From contig JAKEGJ010000008.1 of NCBI GenBank assembly GCA_022627495.1, positions 8,212-72,211 of the forward strand: a stretch of DNA of 64,000 nt. Direction: 5' to 3'. Position numbers and translations under genes: made by a program. The notes beneath the pieces are model-generated. The model was not told the origin of the DNA and made no database searches. It worked only from the letters and a program-made list of their open reading frames with translations. The DNA comes from Candidatus Micrarchaeota archaeon (lineage in GTDB: Archaea; Micrarchaeota; Micrarchaeia; Anstonellales; Bilamarchaeaceae). Positions 37,682 to 47,732 of the stretch are shown here, piece after piece. The stretch's first letter is position 1. Each line of letters begins with the position of its first letter.

Positions 37682-38892
37682 ACTGCCTGTCTGATTAGCC
37701 CCAGCTCGCGCCCGACCATCCCGATTTTGTCGATGGCGAAATCCAGCTCTTTTTTGCTGTGCTCTGCGGTAATCATCGATCGAATCCTGGCCTTGTCCTT
37801 GGCCACCATGGGGAATACTATCGGGAGCGCGTAGACGCCCTCTTCGAAGAGCCGCAGGCTCATCTGGCGGGCCTTCCCCGCATCATAGGTCATGATTGGC
37901 GTGATTGGCGTCTGGCTGTTGCCGGTGTCGAAGCCGAGCTCCTTGAGCCTTTTCTTGAAGTATTTCGTGTTACTCCACAGCTTTTTCACCAGCTTGTCGC
38001 TCTCCATCAGGAGCTCGATAGCGGCTATCGATGCCGCTACCGTGGCCGGGCCATGCGAGCCGGTCAGGAGCCAGGTCCTGGACTTATTCAGAAGATACTG
38101 CTTATTGGTCTTAGATGTGGCAATCAGGCCGCCCATGGTCCCGAAGGCCTTGGAGAACGTGCCCATCTCGAAATCCACCCTGCCTTCCAGCTTGAAATGG
38201 CTGACGATGCCTCTGCCATTCTCGCCCAGGACGCCGTCGCCGTGAGCGTCGTCCACGTAGGTCGCCGCGTCGAAGCGCTCGGCGAGCTCGACTATCCGGT
38301 CCAGGGGCGCTATGTCCCCGTCCATCGAGAATACTCCGTCGCTAACGATAAGGATGCGGTTCGGCTTCTTCGGCCTCGCGGCCATCTCCTTCAGCTTCGC
38401 TTCGAGGTCGGCCATGTCGTTGTGCCGATATATCATGCGCTCAGCCTTGCTCAGGCGTAGGCCGTCTATTATCGAGCCATGGTTCAGCTCATCTGATATG
38501 ACCGTGTCGCCTTCGCGAAGAAGAGCCGGCAGGGCTCCGCTGTTGGCTGTGAAACCCGAATTGTAGTAAATGCAGTCTTCGGTGTGCTTGAACTTCGATA
38601 TCAGCTCCTCCAAACGAATATGGAGGTCCATGGTGCCGGCAATCGGCCGGACTGAACCGCTACCCGCCCCATACTTCCGGACAGCCTCGATGGCGGCTTT
38701 TTTCAGCTTCCTGTGGTTGGCCAGGCCAAGGTAGTTGTTCGAGCAGAGCATCACGGCCTCCTTGCCGTCTATCATAGTTTTCGCCGAAGAAGGGCCGTTC
38801 AGCGTCCTGGGGTTCCACAGGAGGTTCTGCGTTCCAAGGCCGTCCAGTTCCTGCCTAAGCTCGGTTTCAAGTTTCTTATTCATAAAAGTCAC
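37678..38892 (-). CDS. kbl: 2-amino-3-ketobutyrate CoA ligase (glycine C-acetyltransferase) / alpha-oxoamine synthase family
   Basis: PLP fold. ..SNNYLGL.., ..DDAHG.., GTFSKAFG (PLP lysine). Divergent from tdh. Confidence 0.82.
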   Translation of the reverse strand: MTFMNKKLETELRQELDGLGTQNLLWNPRTLNGPSSAKTMIDGKEAVMLCSNNYLGLANHRKLKKAAIEAVRKYGAGSGSVRPIAGTMDLHIRLEELISKFKHTEDCIYYNSGFTANSGALPALLREGDTVISDELNHGSIIDGLRLSKAERMIYRHNDMADLEAKLKEMAARPKKPNRILIVSDGVFSMDGDIAPLDRIVELAERFDAATYVDDAHGDGVLGENGRGIVSHFKLEGRVDFEMGTFSKAFGTMGGLIATSKTNKQYLLNKSRTWLLTGSHGPATVAASIAAIELLMESDKLVKKLWSNTKYFKKRLKELGFDTGNSQTPITPIMTYDAGKARQMSLRLFEEGVYALPIVFPMVAKDKARIRSMITAEHSKKELDFAIDKIGMVGRELGLIRQAV

Positions 38893-39043
38893 CGGTTCCG
38901 GTTGAGCGCTGGTTAGGAATTTAAACCTAAGCCACCTGTCATCAAATATACGTCTTTTATCGAAGTATCCAATGGCGCCGGTGCGTCTTTTTTAACCCTT
39001 CCCACCCTATCGGTCTATCCCGCATGTGCTTAGAGGTATTGTT

Positions 39044-40090
39044 ATGGAAAAGATGCTTTCAGTCTGGAAAACGCACCCGAAAGAAGGCCTTGAGCTCAAG
39101 GATGCCCCGATTCCCAATCCCAAAGACGATGAAGTCCTGGTGAAAGTGAAGGCGACATCGATCTGCGGTACTGACAACCACATCTACAAGTGGGACGAAT
39201 GGGCGCAGAAGCGCATAGGCAAGAACATACCATACATCTTCGGCCACGAGGTTTCGGGCGAAGTAATATCGGCCGGCAAAAGCGCAAAGGGGGTGGCTGT
39301 CGGAGACCATGTCTCGGCCGAAACGCACATCTCCTGCGGCTACTGCTACCAGTGCAAGACCGGCAACGAGCACATCTGCCGGAACGTCAAAATCCTGGGC
39401 GTGGACACGAACGGCACTTTCGCCGAATACGTTACCATCCCCTGCCGGAACGCCTGGGTTAACGACAAGAAAATCCCGCACTGGGTGGCGACGGCTCAGG
39501 AGCCCCTTGGAAATGCCGTCCACACGGTTTTCGATGGCGAGGTCGCGGGGAAGACCATCACTGTTTTCGGCATGGGCCCGATTGGCGTGTGCGGCGTCGC
39601 GCTCTGCAAGGCGGCCGGGGCCGAGAAAGTCATCGCAATCGACCACCATGAAGGCAGGCTGAAGTTCGGCAAGGATTTCGGCGCAGATGTAATAATCCAG
39701 AGTGGAGACGGGGCGGATGTAAGGAAGCAGATTATGGACGCCACGGACGGCCTCGGGGCCGACGTTTTCCTTGAATTCGCAGGCGCCCCGCAGGCTTTCA
39801 ACGACGGCATCGCAACGCTCCGTCCCGGCGGGCGCGCATCCATCCTCGGCGTTTTCCCGAAGCCTTTCGAAGTGGATGTGACGAACGATATCGTCTTTAG
39901 GGGCATACGGCTCAGCGGCATCAACGGACGGAAGATGTTCGACACATGGTACAAGGCGCGCGCCTTCCTCAGTTCGGGCAAGGTCAAGCTCGAGAAGCTC
40001 GTCACCCACAGGTTCAAGCTCTCAGAGATAGAGAAAGGGTTCGATGTCCTCAAAAGAAGGGAGGGGATGAAGGTAGTCCTCGAGCCTTAA
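39044..40090 (+). CDS. tdh: L-threonine 3-dehydrogenase (Zn-dependent MDR)
   Basis: GHEVSGEV, CGYCYQCKTGNEHIC, GMGPIG. GAGGT SD lies before the ATG at 39044. Confidence 0.85.
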   Translation: MEKMLSVWKTHPKEGLELKDAPIPNPKDDEVLVKVKATSICGTDNHIYKWDEWAQKRIGKNIPYIFGHEVSGEVISAGKSAKGVAVGDHVSAETHISCGYCYQCKTGNEHICRNVKILGVDTNGTFAEYVTIPCRNAWVNDKKIPHWVATAQEPLGNAVHTVFDGEVAGKTITVFGMGPIGVCGVALCKAAGAEKVIAIDHHEGRLKFGKDFGADVIIQSGDGADVRKQIMDATDGLGADVFLEFAGAPQAFNDGIATLRPGGRASILGVFPKPFEVDVTNDIVFRGIRLSGINGRKMFDTWYKARAFLSSGKVKLEKLVTHRFKLSEIEKGFDVLKRREGMKVVLEP

Positions 40091-40096
40091 GTTTTC

Positions 40097-40651
40097 TTAC
40101 TGCTTGATGAGCGCGCTTACTGCCCTGAACTCTTCGCTTCCAGCCCTGTCCATGAGTTGGAACAGGACCATCTCTGTCGTGGCGATGAAGACGCCGGACT
40201 GGCGCATCCTTTCGATGCCTGCAATGCAATCAATCGCCTTCCTTGAGGATACGGCATCCGCGACGACATGGGTGCCGAACCCGGCCTTCCTGGCATCCAG
40301 CGCAGTCTTCAGCACGCATATGTGCGCTTCGGTGCCGAAAATGACCAGCGTGTCCCGCTTCAGATGGTGCAGCCGCTCATTGAAATCATCCGAGCCGAAG
40401 CAGCTGAAACTGACCTTTTCTATCGGCGCAACGTCCTGCGGGAGCGCGATTTTCCCGCTTGTTCCTCCGAGGCCCTTGGGGTATTGCTCGGTCACAATAA
40501 GGGGAATGCCGAGTATTTTCGCCGATTCGACAAGCCGATTCGCGTTCGCCACGATAAGCGCGCCGTCATGCATGGCCGAGATCAGCCTATCCTGCATATC
40601 CACCATTACGAATGCCGTCCTGTTCCGGTCTATCATGCCCAATGAGTCCAT
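40097..40651 (-). CDS. isochorismatase-family cysteine hydrolase
   Basis: ..TAFVMVDMQ.., ..GTEAHICV.. motifs. Start MDSLGM avoids overlap with lpdA. Confidence 0.78.
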   Translation of the reverse strand: MDSLGMIDRNRTAFVMVDMQDRLISAMHDGALIVANANRLVESAKILGIPLIVTEQYPKGLGGTSGKIALPQDVAPIEKVSFSCFGSDDFNERLHHLKRDTLVIFGTEAHICVLKTALDARKAGFGTHVVADAVSSRKAIDCIAGIERMRQSGVFIATTEMVLFQLMDRAGSEEFRAVSALIKQ

Positions 40652-40673
40652 GCCAACACCGCGAGTGTGCCCC

Positions 40674-42098
40674 TTATTTCGCCCTTTTCCGATATAGGTG
40701 GATTCCCCTGCCAAGCGCATCCTCCGCCGCCTCCATCACGCTTTCCGGCATGGTGGGGTGCGCATGAATCGTCGCCGCCAAATCCTCAAGCACAGCGCCC
40801 ATCTCGATAGCCAGGGCCGCCTCGGCAATCAGGGTGCCCGCTCCTGCTCCTGCGATGTGGGCCCCAAGAATAGTCCCTCCAGCCTTGTCTGCGATGATTT
40901 TCACGAATCCTTCGGGCCTGGCCATTGATTTGGCCCTTCCTGAGGCTGAGAACGGCATCTTGCCGATCAGAATCCCATATCCCCTGGCTTTGGCTTCGGC
41001 TTCCGTCAGTCCGACGCTGGCCAGCTCAGGCTCCGCAAATACGACCATGGGGATTGCTATGTTGTCGAAGGCGCTTTTCTGCCCTGCAATCGCTTCGGCC
41101 GCGACCTTGCCCTGGCGGAACGCCTTGTGGGCGAGCTGGGGGCCAGCCACCGCATCCCCGACCGCATAGATGCCGTCATCGGCGCTCTTCATCGTTGCAT
41201 CGACCTCGATGAGGCCGGCTGAATCGAGCCTTACCAAAGTCCTCCCAAGGCCAAGGGACTCGAAGTGCGGCGTTCTTCCTGCCGCAACGAGCATCTTGTC
41301 GAAACGAATCCGCGTTTCGGCACCTTCTGTCCTTACTACGGCCTCGTTTCCGTCGGCCCGCGCGACCTCGCTCTTGAACAGCACCTCGGCGCCAAGGCTT
41401 CTCAACCCTTTCAGCGCGGCTTCCCCCAGTTCAGGCTCCATGTTCCGGAGCAGGCGTTCACCGCGATAGACGATAGTCACTTTCGAGCCGAGCCTGGCAA
41501 AAAGCGCGGCCATCTCCACTGCGATATACCCGCCGCCCACGATGATTAATTCGGCCGGGAGCGAATCGAGCGCGAAGACATCGTCCGAGCTGATTATTTT
41601 TTCATGGTCGAAAGGCAGGTTCTCGAGGCCCATCACCTCTGTGCCGGTTGCTATGACCGCCTTGCCGAACTCAATCGTCCTGAGCCCGGACTCTGTTTCC
41701 ACAGAGAGCGTTTTCGATGATGTGAAAAATGCCCTGCCCTTTATGATTTCAACTCCGTTCAGTTTGCAGAGCGTGGAAATCCCGTCCCGCAAATCCTTCA
41801 CGACGCCGGCCTGCCATTCCTGGGTTTTTTGGAAATCGAGCCTGATTGAAGCCTGAAGTCCCATGCGTTTTGCCCGGTCCGATGCGGCGTCGTGGTAAAG
41901 CTCAGCGGCATGGATCAGCGCTTTGGACGGTATGCAGCCAACGTTGGTGCAGCATCCTCCGAGCAAGCTCTTCTCAATCAGGATGACGTCCAGCCCGAGC
42001 TGTGCCGCCCTTATCGCGGCCGTGTAGCCGCCCGGCCCGCCGCCGATTACTCCCACATCCGTTTTAGTCGAAAGCTCCCCCATTACCATGAGAATCAA
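40674..42098 (-). CDS. lpdA: dihydrolipoyl dehydrogenase (E3)
   Basis: GGGPGGY...GGCCTNVGCIPSK redox-active disulfide. C-terminal ..HAHPT..E. Confidence 0.9.
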   Translation of the reverse strand: MILMVMGELSTKTDVGVIGGGPGGYTAAIRAAQLGLDVILIEKSLLGGCCTNVGCIPSKALIHAAELYHDAASDRAKRMGLQASIRLDFQKTQEWQAGVVKDLRDGISTLCKLNGVEIIKGRAFFTSSKTLSVETESGLRTIEFGKAVIATGTEVMGLENLPFDHEKIISSDDVFALDSLPAELIIVGGGYIAVEMAALFARLGSKVTIVYRGERLLRNMEPELGEAALKGLRSLGAEVLFKSEVARADGNEAVVRTEGAETRIRFDKMLVAAGRTPHFESLGLGRTLVRLDSAGLIEVDATMKSADDGIYAVGDAVAGPQLAHKAFRQGKVAAEAIAGQKSAFDNIAIPMVVFAEPELASVGLTEAEAKARGYGILIGKMPFSASGRAKSMARPEGFVKIIADKAGGTILGAHIAGAGAGTLIAEAALAIEMGAVLEDLAATIHAHPTMPESVMEAAEDALGRGIHLYRKRAK

Positions 42099-42128
42099 CC
42101 CCCATCGCCGTCCAATCCGCGCATTCTG

Positions 42129-43418
42129 CTATATCATGTCCACGAGCATGAGGTCCGGGTCCTCGAGGTGCTTCATCACGACATTCATGAAAACCGTCGC
42201 TTCTGCGCCATCGGCCACCCTGTGGTCGAAGCACATGGAGATTCCCATGACCTTGCGGGCCCTGATTTTGTCATTTTCCATCCCCGGAAGCTCCTTTATC
42301 CTGTGGATGCCCATGATTGCCACTTCGGGCGGATTTATGATTGGCGTCGAATACATGCCGCCGACGCTCCCCACGTTCGTGATTGTGAATGACCCGCCGC
42401 GCATATCCTCAAGCCGCAGCTTCCTTTCTTTTGCGGCCGCTGCAAGGTGCTCGATATCCTGGGCAATTTCTACAATGGACTTCCGGTCGACATCCTTCAC
42501 GACCGGGACCATCAGCCCTTCGGTCGTATCTACCGCGATTCCGATGTTGTGCATCTTCCTTATCACGAGCTCGCCCTTTTTCTCGTCGAAATGCGCGTTG
42601 AATCGCGGATACTCCTTGAGCGCTATCGCAACCGCCTTGACGATGAACGGCAGGAATGTCAGCTTAACGCCTTTGGGCTCGAAATTCTTTTTCTCCTTCT
42701 CCCGAATCTCAGCCAGCCGCGTGACATCCACATAATCCATTCCGCATGCGTGCGGTATGTGGGTTTTGGAATATACCATGCGCTCTGCGATGGTATTGCG
42801 GAGCCTGGTGAGTGGCACGCGCTGGTCGCCTTCTTCCGACGCGATTTCAGGCGCCCAGGCCTGCGTTCTTGCAGGCGATGCTGGGGCTGCTGCAGATAGG
42901 GGTGCCCGGCTGCTTTCCTTCGCGGCCAATTGCGGCGTCTTCGAAGATGCGGCCTTCACGTCCTCGTCCGTGACCCTTCCTCCGGGCCCGGTTCCTATGA
43001 CTGTTTCGATATCGACATTGAGTTCGCGGGCGAGCCTGCGCGTAGCTGGTGCCGCCTGATGGTGGCCTGGATGCGAAGAGGGGGGCATGGTTGCTGCCGG
43101 GATTGGACTGGGGCGTGCCACACCTGCGGGCGCCGATATTGATGCCGGGGTCCCAGATGCCGGAACGCTTTCGCCCGAAGCTCCGATTACCAGAAGCACT
43201 TCGCCGACCTTGACAGTCTGCCCTTGGGCATAGTTGATTTTAAGGAGCGTGCCTGCTCCCGGCGATGGCAATTCCACTATCGCCTTGTCTGTTTCCACCT
43301 CAACAAGCACCTGGTCCACCCTGACCGAATCGCCCACCTTGACGTGCCATTTGACAATGGTGCCCTCGTGAATCCCTTCGCCCAAATCCGGAAACCTGAA
43401 TTCCAAAACTATAACCAT
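42129..43418 (-). CDS. 2-oxoacid dehydrogenase E2 (dihydrolipoamide acyltransferase)
   Basis: Lipoyl domain ..VEVETDKAIVELPSP.., E3-binding region, catalytic ..DHRVADGA.. Confidence 0.88.
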   Translation of the reverse strand: MVIVLEFRFPDLGEGIHEGTIVKWHVKVGDSVRVDQVLVEVETDKAIVELPSPGAGTLLKINYAQGQTVKVGEVLLVIGASGESVPASGTPASISAPAGVARPSPIPAATMPPSSHPGHHQAAPATRRLARELNVDIETVIGTGPGGRVTDEDVKAASSKTPQLAAKESSRAPLSAAAPASPARTQAWAPEIASEEGDQRVPLTRLRNTIAERMVYSKTHIPHACGMDYVDVTRLAEIREKEKKNFEPKGVKLTFLPFIVKAVAIALKEYPRFNAHFDEKKGELVIRKMHNIGIAVDTTEGLMVPVVKDVDRKSIVEIAQDIEHLAAAAKERKLRLEDMRGGSFTITNVGSVGGMYSTPIINPPEVAIMGIHRIKELPGMENDKIRARKVMGISMCFDHRVADGAEATVFMNVVMKHLEDPDLMLVDMI

Positions 43419-43452
43419 CACCCTGCCATGCATTGATTTTGATAATGCCGCA

Positions 43453-44433
43453 TCAGAACTTTGCGGCCTTGAGTATCCCCTTCAATATCCGGCTTGTGCC
43501 GGGATAGAAATAATCCTCCTGGTTCGGATATGGTATCTGTATGTCCCACCCGGTGACGCGCCCGACCGGAGCCTCCAAATCAAGGAAGTCGCTCTCCATT
43601 ATCCTCGCCGCGATTTCAGCCCCGAACCCAAGAGTCCGAAACGCCTCATGGACCACGACCGCCCGCCCGGTCTTCCGGACCGATGCGTGTATGGTGTCCC
43701 AGTCGCACGGAGAAAGCGAGCGCAAATCCAGATGCTCCACAGACACGCCCTGCTTCTGCGCCTCGGCTATCGCATCCCTGCATACGTAGGTCATCGCTCC
43801 CCAGGATATCAGCGTCACGTCGCTTCCCTCCAGGAGGACGTTTGCCTTTCCTATCGGAACCTCGTACCTCTCTTCCGGGACCTCCTCCTTGTAGGCGCGA
43901 TAGAGCCTTTTCGGCTCGAAGAATAGCACCGGGTCCTCGCTCGCAAGCGATGCCGCGAGCAGGCCTTTCGCATCATATGGCGACGAGGGATACACCACGT
44001 TCAGCCCGGGCATGTGGATGTATATGCTCTCGGCGCTCTCGCCGTGGTGCTCCAGCGCGCGGATGCCTCCGCTTGCAGGAAGCCGGATTACCATCGGCAC
44101 AGTGATTGAGCCGCGCGTCCTGTTGCGGAGGCGGGCGATATGCTGGACGACCTGGTGGTAACCCTCATAATCGAATCCCTGGAACTGGATTTCCGGGACA
44201 GGCCGCAGGCCCATTGCGGCCATGCCTATCGCCGTGGCGATTATCCCGTTTTCGGAAAGCGGCGTGTCTATCACGCGCTCCCTGCCGAACCTGCCTATTA
44301 GCCCCTCAGTGACCCTGAATACGCCGCCATCCACGCCGACGTCTTCACCCATGACCACGATGCTGGCATCCCGTTCCATCTCCTGATTAAGGCAGGCGTT
44401 TATCGCTTCGACCATGTTCATCTTCATCAGCAT
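43453..44433 (-). CDS. 2-oxoacid dehydrogenase E1 beta subunit
   Basis: ..VVMGEDVG..GGVFRVT.., ..PLSENGI... TGATG start/stop overlap with E1 alpha. Confidence 0.88.
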   Translation of the reverse strand: MLMKMNMVEAINACLNQEMERDASIVVMGEDVGVDGGVFRVTEGLIGRFGRERVIDTPLSENGIIATAIGMAAMGLRPVPEIQFQGFDYEGYHQVVQHIARLRNRTRGSITVPMVIRLPASGGIRALEHHGESAESIYIHMPGLNVVYPSSPYDAKGLLAASLASEDPVLFFEPKRLYRAYKEEVPEERYEVPIGKANVLLEGSDVTLISWGAMTYVCRDAIAEAQKQGVSVEHLDLRSLSPCDWDTIHASVRKTGRAVVVHEAFRTLGFGAEIAARIMESDFLDLEAPVGRVTGWDIQIPYPNQEDYFYPGTSRILKGILKAAKF

Positions 44434-45524
44434 CAACCTTCCATCCTGGCATCGCCGGAACTGCCCCCGAAGCATTCCCCCATCTGCGCTTCGAGGTCTT
44501 TGGGCATCTTCGCATACATGAACCTGAATATGTCCCTGGGTTCCGGCCGGAATGACTCGGCATCCTGCACGGTCTTCTCAACGAATGCCGCTACCTCTTC
44601 CTGCAGTTTTTTCTCGTATTCCTCGCTCCAGGCTCCCTTCCCTTTCAGGTAAGCCTGCATCCGCTTAATGGGGTCCCGCTCCCGCCAGTGCGCCAGCTCA
44701 TCTTCCTTGCGGTATTTCTTCGGGTCGTCGGCCGTGGTGTGCGGCCCCATCCTGTATGTGACGCACTCAATCAGCACCGGGCCTTTTCCTTCCCTGGCGC
44801 TGTCGGCAGCTTCCTTCACCGCCCTGTACACTGCGAGGATGTCGTTGCCATCCACCTGCACGCCGCGGATTCCGTAAGCGAGCGCCTTCTGGGCAAGCGT
44901 CTCGGATTTTGTCTGCATGGACCTTGGGACTGAAATCGCCCACTGGTTGTTGGACACGATGAAAACGCACGGCGCGTTCCACACCCCAGCGAAATTCAAT
45001 GCGTCGTGGAAATCGCCCTCGCTCGTGGCCCCGTCGCCGCAGAACGCGATGCACGCTGCCTTCTCGCCCTTCATGCGGAGCGCATAGGCGGCGCCAACGG
45101 CATGCGGCAGCTGGGTGGCTATCGGCGTGGCGTATGGGAAGCACCTAATCTTCCGGTCGAGGAGAAGGCCGTCCTCAAGCCCCATCCACATCAGGTTTGA
45201 GCGGAACGAAGGATGGCCGCGCATGTAATAGACCAGCGAAGCCTCCCGGTATGTCGGGAACAGCCAGTCCCCCGGGCCTGCGGCGAGGGTCGCGCCGACG
45301 CAGATGGCCTCCTGGCCTTCAAGGGGCGGAAACGTGTACATCCTGCCTGTCCTTTGAAGCGCGAGGGATTTCTTGTCCCACACCCTTCCCAGGACGAGGA
45401 GGCGGTACATGCGCCCGAGCATGTCCGTCGGCAGGCGAGGGTCGAGCGCCGCATCTGCATGCCCATCCTTGTCCAGGATCTGCATGCTGTCAATCTTACC
45501 TTCGAACACTGTTTTTATCGGCAT
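44433..45524 (-). CDS. 2-oxoacid dehydrogenase E1 alpha subunit (TPP-binding)
   Basis: ..GDGATSEGDFHDALNFA..PCVFIVSNNQWAIS.. is the TPP motif. Confidence 0.88.
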   Translation of the reverse strand: MPIKTVFEGKIDSMQILDKDGHADAALDPRLPTDMLGRMYRLLVLGRVWDKKSLALQRTGRMYTFPPLEGQEAICVGATLAAGPGDWLFPTYREASLVYYMRGHPSFRSNLMWMGLEDGLLLDRKIRCFPYATPIATQLPHAVGAAYALRMKGEKAACIAFCGDGATSEGDFHDALNFAGVWNAPCVFIVSNNQWAISVPRSMQTKSETLAQKALAYGIRGVQVDGNDILAVYRAVKEAADSAREGKGPVLIECVTYRMGPHTTADDPKKYRKEDELAHWRERDPIKRMQAYLKGKGAWSEEYEKKLQEEVAAFVEKTVQDAESFRPEPRDIFRFMYAKMPKDLEAQMGECFGGSSGDARMEG

Positions 45525-45582
45525 AGAACTCGATAGGCAATACCGAGATTAGTTTAATAGGTTTATCGTTAACCAGCCGGAT

Positions 45583-46485
45583 TTATCGGCGCGCATTCGC
45601 TTTCAGGATGCCCTTGATAAAAGGCTCGGCAGCGCGGTAGGAGCTTCTGACAAGCGGGCCGCTTGCTACATGCAAAAAGCCCAGCGCGTATCCAATCCTC
45701 CCGTATTCCGAGAACTTCTCCGGGCGGATGTACTCCTTCACCGTCAGGTGGCGCGCGGTTTTAGAAGGCGAAAGATACTGCCCTAACGTAAGGATGTCCA
45801 CGCCCGCTTCCCGCAAATCAGCCATCGCCCCGCGGACTTCATCGTCAGTCTCCCCAAGGCCCACCATCAGGCCGGATTTGGTAATCACCTCTCCGCCTGA
45901 AATCTCGTGATACTTGCGGAGCGCCTCCAGCGACTGGCGGTAGCCCGCCCTTCTGTCCCGGACAATCGGCGTGAGCCTTTCGACTGTCTCGATATTGTGC
46001 GAAACGACGTCCGGCCCGGCCTCGGCCAGCGTCCTTATTGCTTCCTTATCCGCCCGGAAATCCGGGACAAGCGTTTCGATTATGACGCCTGGAATCCGCC
46101 TCAATTCTCCGACGCATCTCGCGATATGGCCCGCTCCGCCATCAGGCAAATCATCCCTCGTTACGGATGTGACCACGACGTATCTGAGCCCCAGTGATGC
46201 GACTGCATTCGCAAGCCGGACGGGTTCATCCGGGTCAAGGGGCGTAGGCTTCGCCATTGTTTTCACGGCGCAAAAGCGGCATGCGCGCGTGCAATATTCG
46301 CCCATCACCATGAACGAGGCGGTTTTCGCCGCCCAGCATTCGCTCCGGTTAGGGCAATGGGCGCTCTGGCAGACGCTGTGAAGTTTGAGGCCGGACAGCT
46401 GTGCGGACACCTGATGCGTGTTCGCATTTGTACTGTGGCGTATCTTCAGCCATTCTGGAAGATTTGAAGCGGCTTTGGTTTCCAT
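45583..46485 (-). CDS. lipA: lipoyl synthase
   Basis: CPNRSECW and CTRACRFC Fe-S cluster motifs. Confidence 0.9.
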   Translation of the reverse strand: METKAASNLPEWLKIRHSTNANTHQVSAQLSGLKLHSVCQSAHCPNRSECWAAKTASFMVMGEYCTRACRFCAVKTMAKPTPLDPDEPVRLANAVASLGLRYVVVTSVTRDDLPDGGAGHIARCVGELRRIPGVIIETLVPDFRADKEAIRTLAEAGPDVVSHNIETVERLTPIVRDRRAGYRQSLEALRKYHEISGGEVITKSGLMVGLGETDDEVRGAMADLREAGVDILTLGQYLSPSKTARHLTVKEYIRPEKFSEYGRIGYALGFLHVASGPLVRSSYRAAEPFIKGILKANARR

Positions 46486-46512
46486 GCGAAAAAGAATAAG
46501 TAAAGAAGGCTT

Positions 46513-47208
46513 TTAGGCGTGCCGCAACGGTGCCCGAACGGCCGCAAGCATGGGCATCTGGATGACCTTGGCGCATTGCATCGGCTTGATTTCGGGCATG
46601 GCAACCGGCATGAGGCCCGCCATCGTCTTCTGCGCCATCGCCTTGGCTTTCTTCGTGCCTTTATCAGCGAGCAGCTTGAGGAACTCCATATGGCTCGGCG
46701 TGTCCTCCAGTTTTGCCAGCACCTGCTTAAGCTCCCTGCAGCTGTATGTGGACAGCTCGGCTAGGAGCCTTCCTGCACCGTCCCGCGTGAAATTGCCCTC
46801 GCAAAGCGAGTCCTGCGCCTGCTCGACAAGCCGGTCGATACGGAAGACGCTCCCCCTGGTCTTTCCGAGGGCTTTCAGGACCACCATCGCCACGGACTTC
46901 ATATCCGCTTGCCAATATGTTTTGGCGTCTATGTCGCTGGCCTTCATCATCCTGCCGACAAGGCGTATCCTGTCGGTCAGTTTGCCGTTGAGTTCCTCTT
47001 TCACGGATTCAGGCGGTTCCATCTCCGATACGAGCCCGCCCAAGGCCTCGTCCATCCGGTCGTAAGCTTCGACAAGCGCACCCTTGTCGCGTGCATTGAT
47101 AAGCATCTCGCGCGTGCCCCTTGCGAGCACCGCATTCGCTTCCTGCCAGAACGATTGGCTGTCGAAGCCGACCGTCGGCAACCCGCTGTTCCCATCCATT
47201 TTCCCCAC
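46513..47208 (-). CDS. hypothetical protein, 231 aa
   Basis: Long ORF with coding-like composition. No recognisable motif. Confidence 0.5.
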   Translation of the reverse strand: MGKMDGNSGLPTVGFDSQSFWQEANAVLARGTREMLINARDKGALVEAYDRMDEALGGLVSEMEPPESVKEELNGKLTDRIRLVGRMMKASDIDAKTYWQADMKSVAMVVLKALGKTRGSVFRIDRLVEQAQDSLCEGNFTRDGAGRLLAELSTYSCRELKQVLAKLEDTPSHMEFLKLLADKGTKKAKAMAQKTMAGLMPVAMPEIKPMQCAKVIQMPMLAAVRAPLRHA

Positions 47209-47395
47209 CTCTTTATGGATGCTTCGGGCTTACCCCGTTTTTTTTGTTTCCGCTACCTATGGGTGGTTAAGGGTTTATATATCTTGCTCTGCTTTGTGGG
47301 CAAAAATGCAAGGATTTAGGAAATATGCGATTTAAACCCACACAAAAACAGCGTTTTTTGGTGATATAGGACGGTATCGTCGTAAGGAAAAGCGG

Positions 47396-47665
47396 CTATT
47401 CCATCGGGCGGAAGCCTTTCTGCGAAAATACGTCCGGCTGCCTGCTTATCCATACCTCATACATGGCTAGCCCGGCCTGGGACTTCTTTACTACGCTCGC
47501 CGTAAAACCCCGGAGCTCGTATTGGGATGCGATTCTCTCGGCCTCTTCTATGCTCTGCGTCCTGGCTACAAGGCGCGTATTCTTCTCCGGTTCGATATCC
47601 GGCCTGTCCATGGCTAGGCAATCATGCTTAACCATAAAAAGGATTGGGATGCTCCGGATGGCCAT
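47396..47665 (-). CDS. hypothetical small protein, 89 aa
   Basis: ORF with plausible composition. No motif. Confidence 0.4.
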   Translation of the reverse strand: MAIRSIPILFMVKHDCLAMDRPDIEPEKNTRLVARTQSIEEAERIASQYELRGFTASVVKKSQAGLAMYEVWISRQPDVFSQKGFRPME

Positions 47666-47732
47666 GTCCCTTTGGGAAAGGGGGTTCGGTGAGCGGTGGT
47701 TCTTGGTTTAGATGTTGAAAATAAGGGAAATC

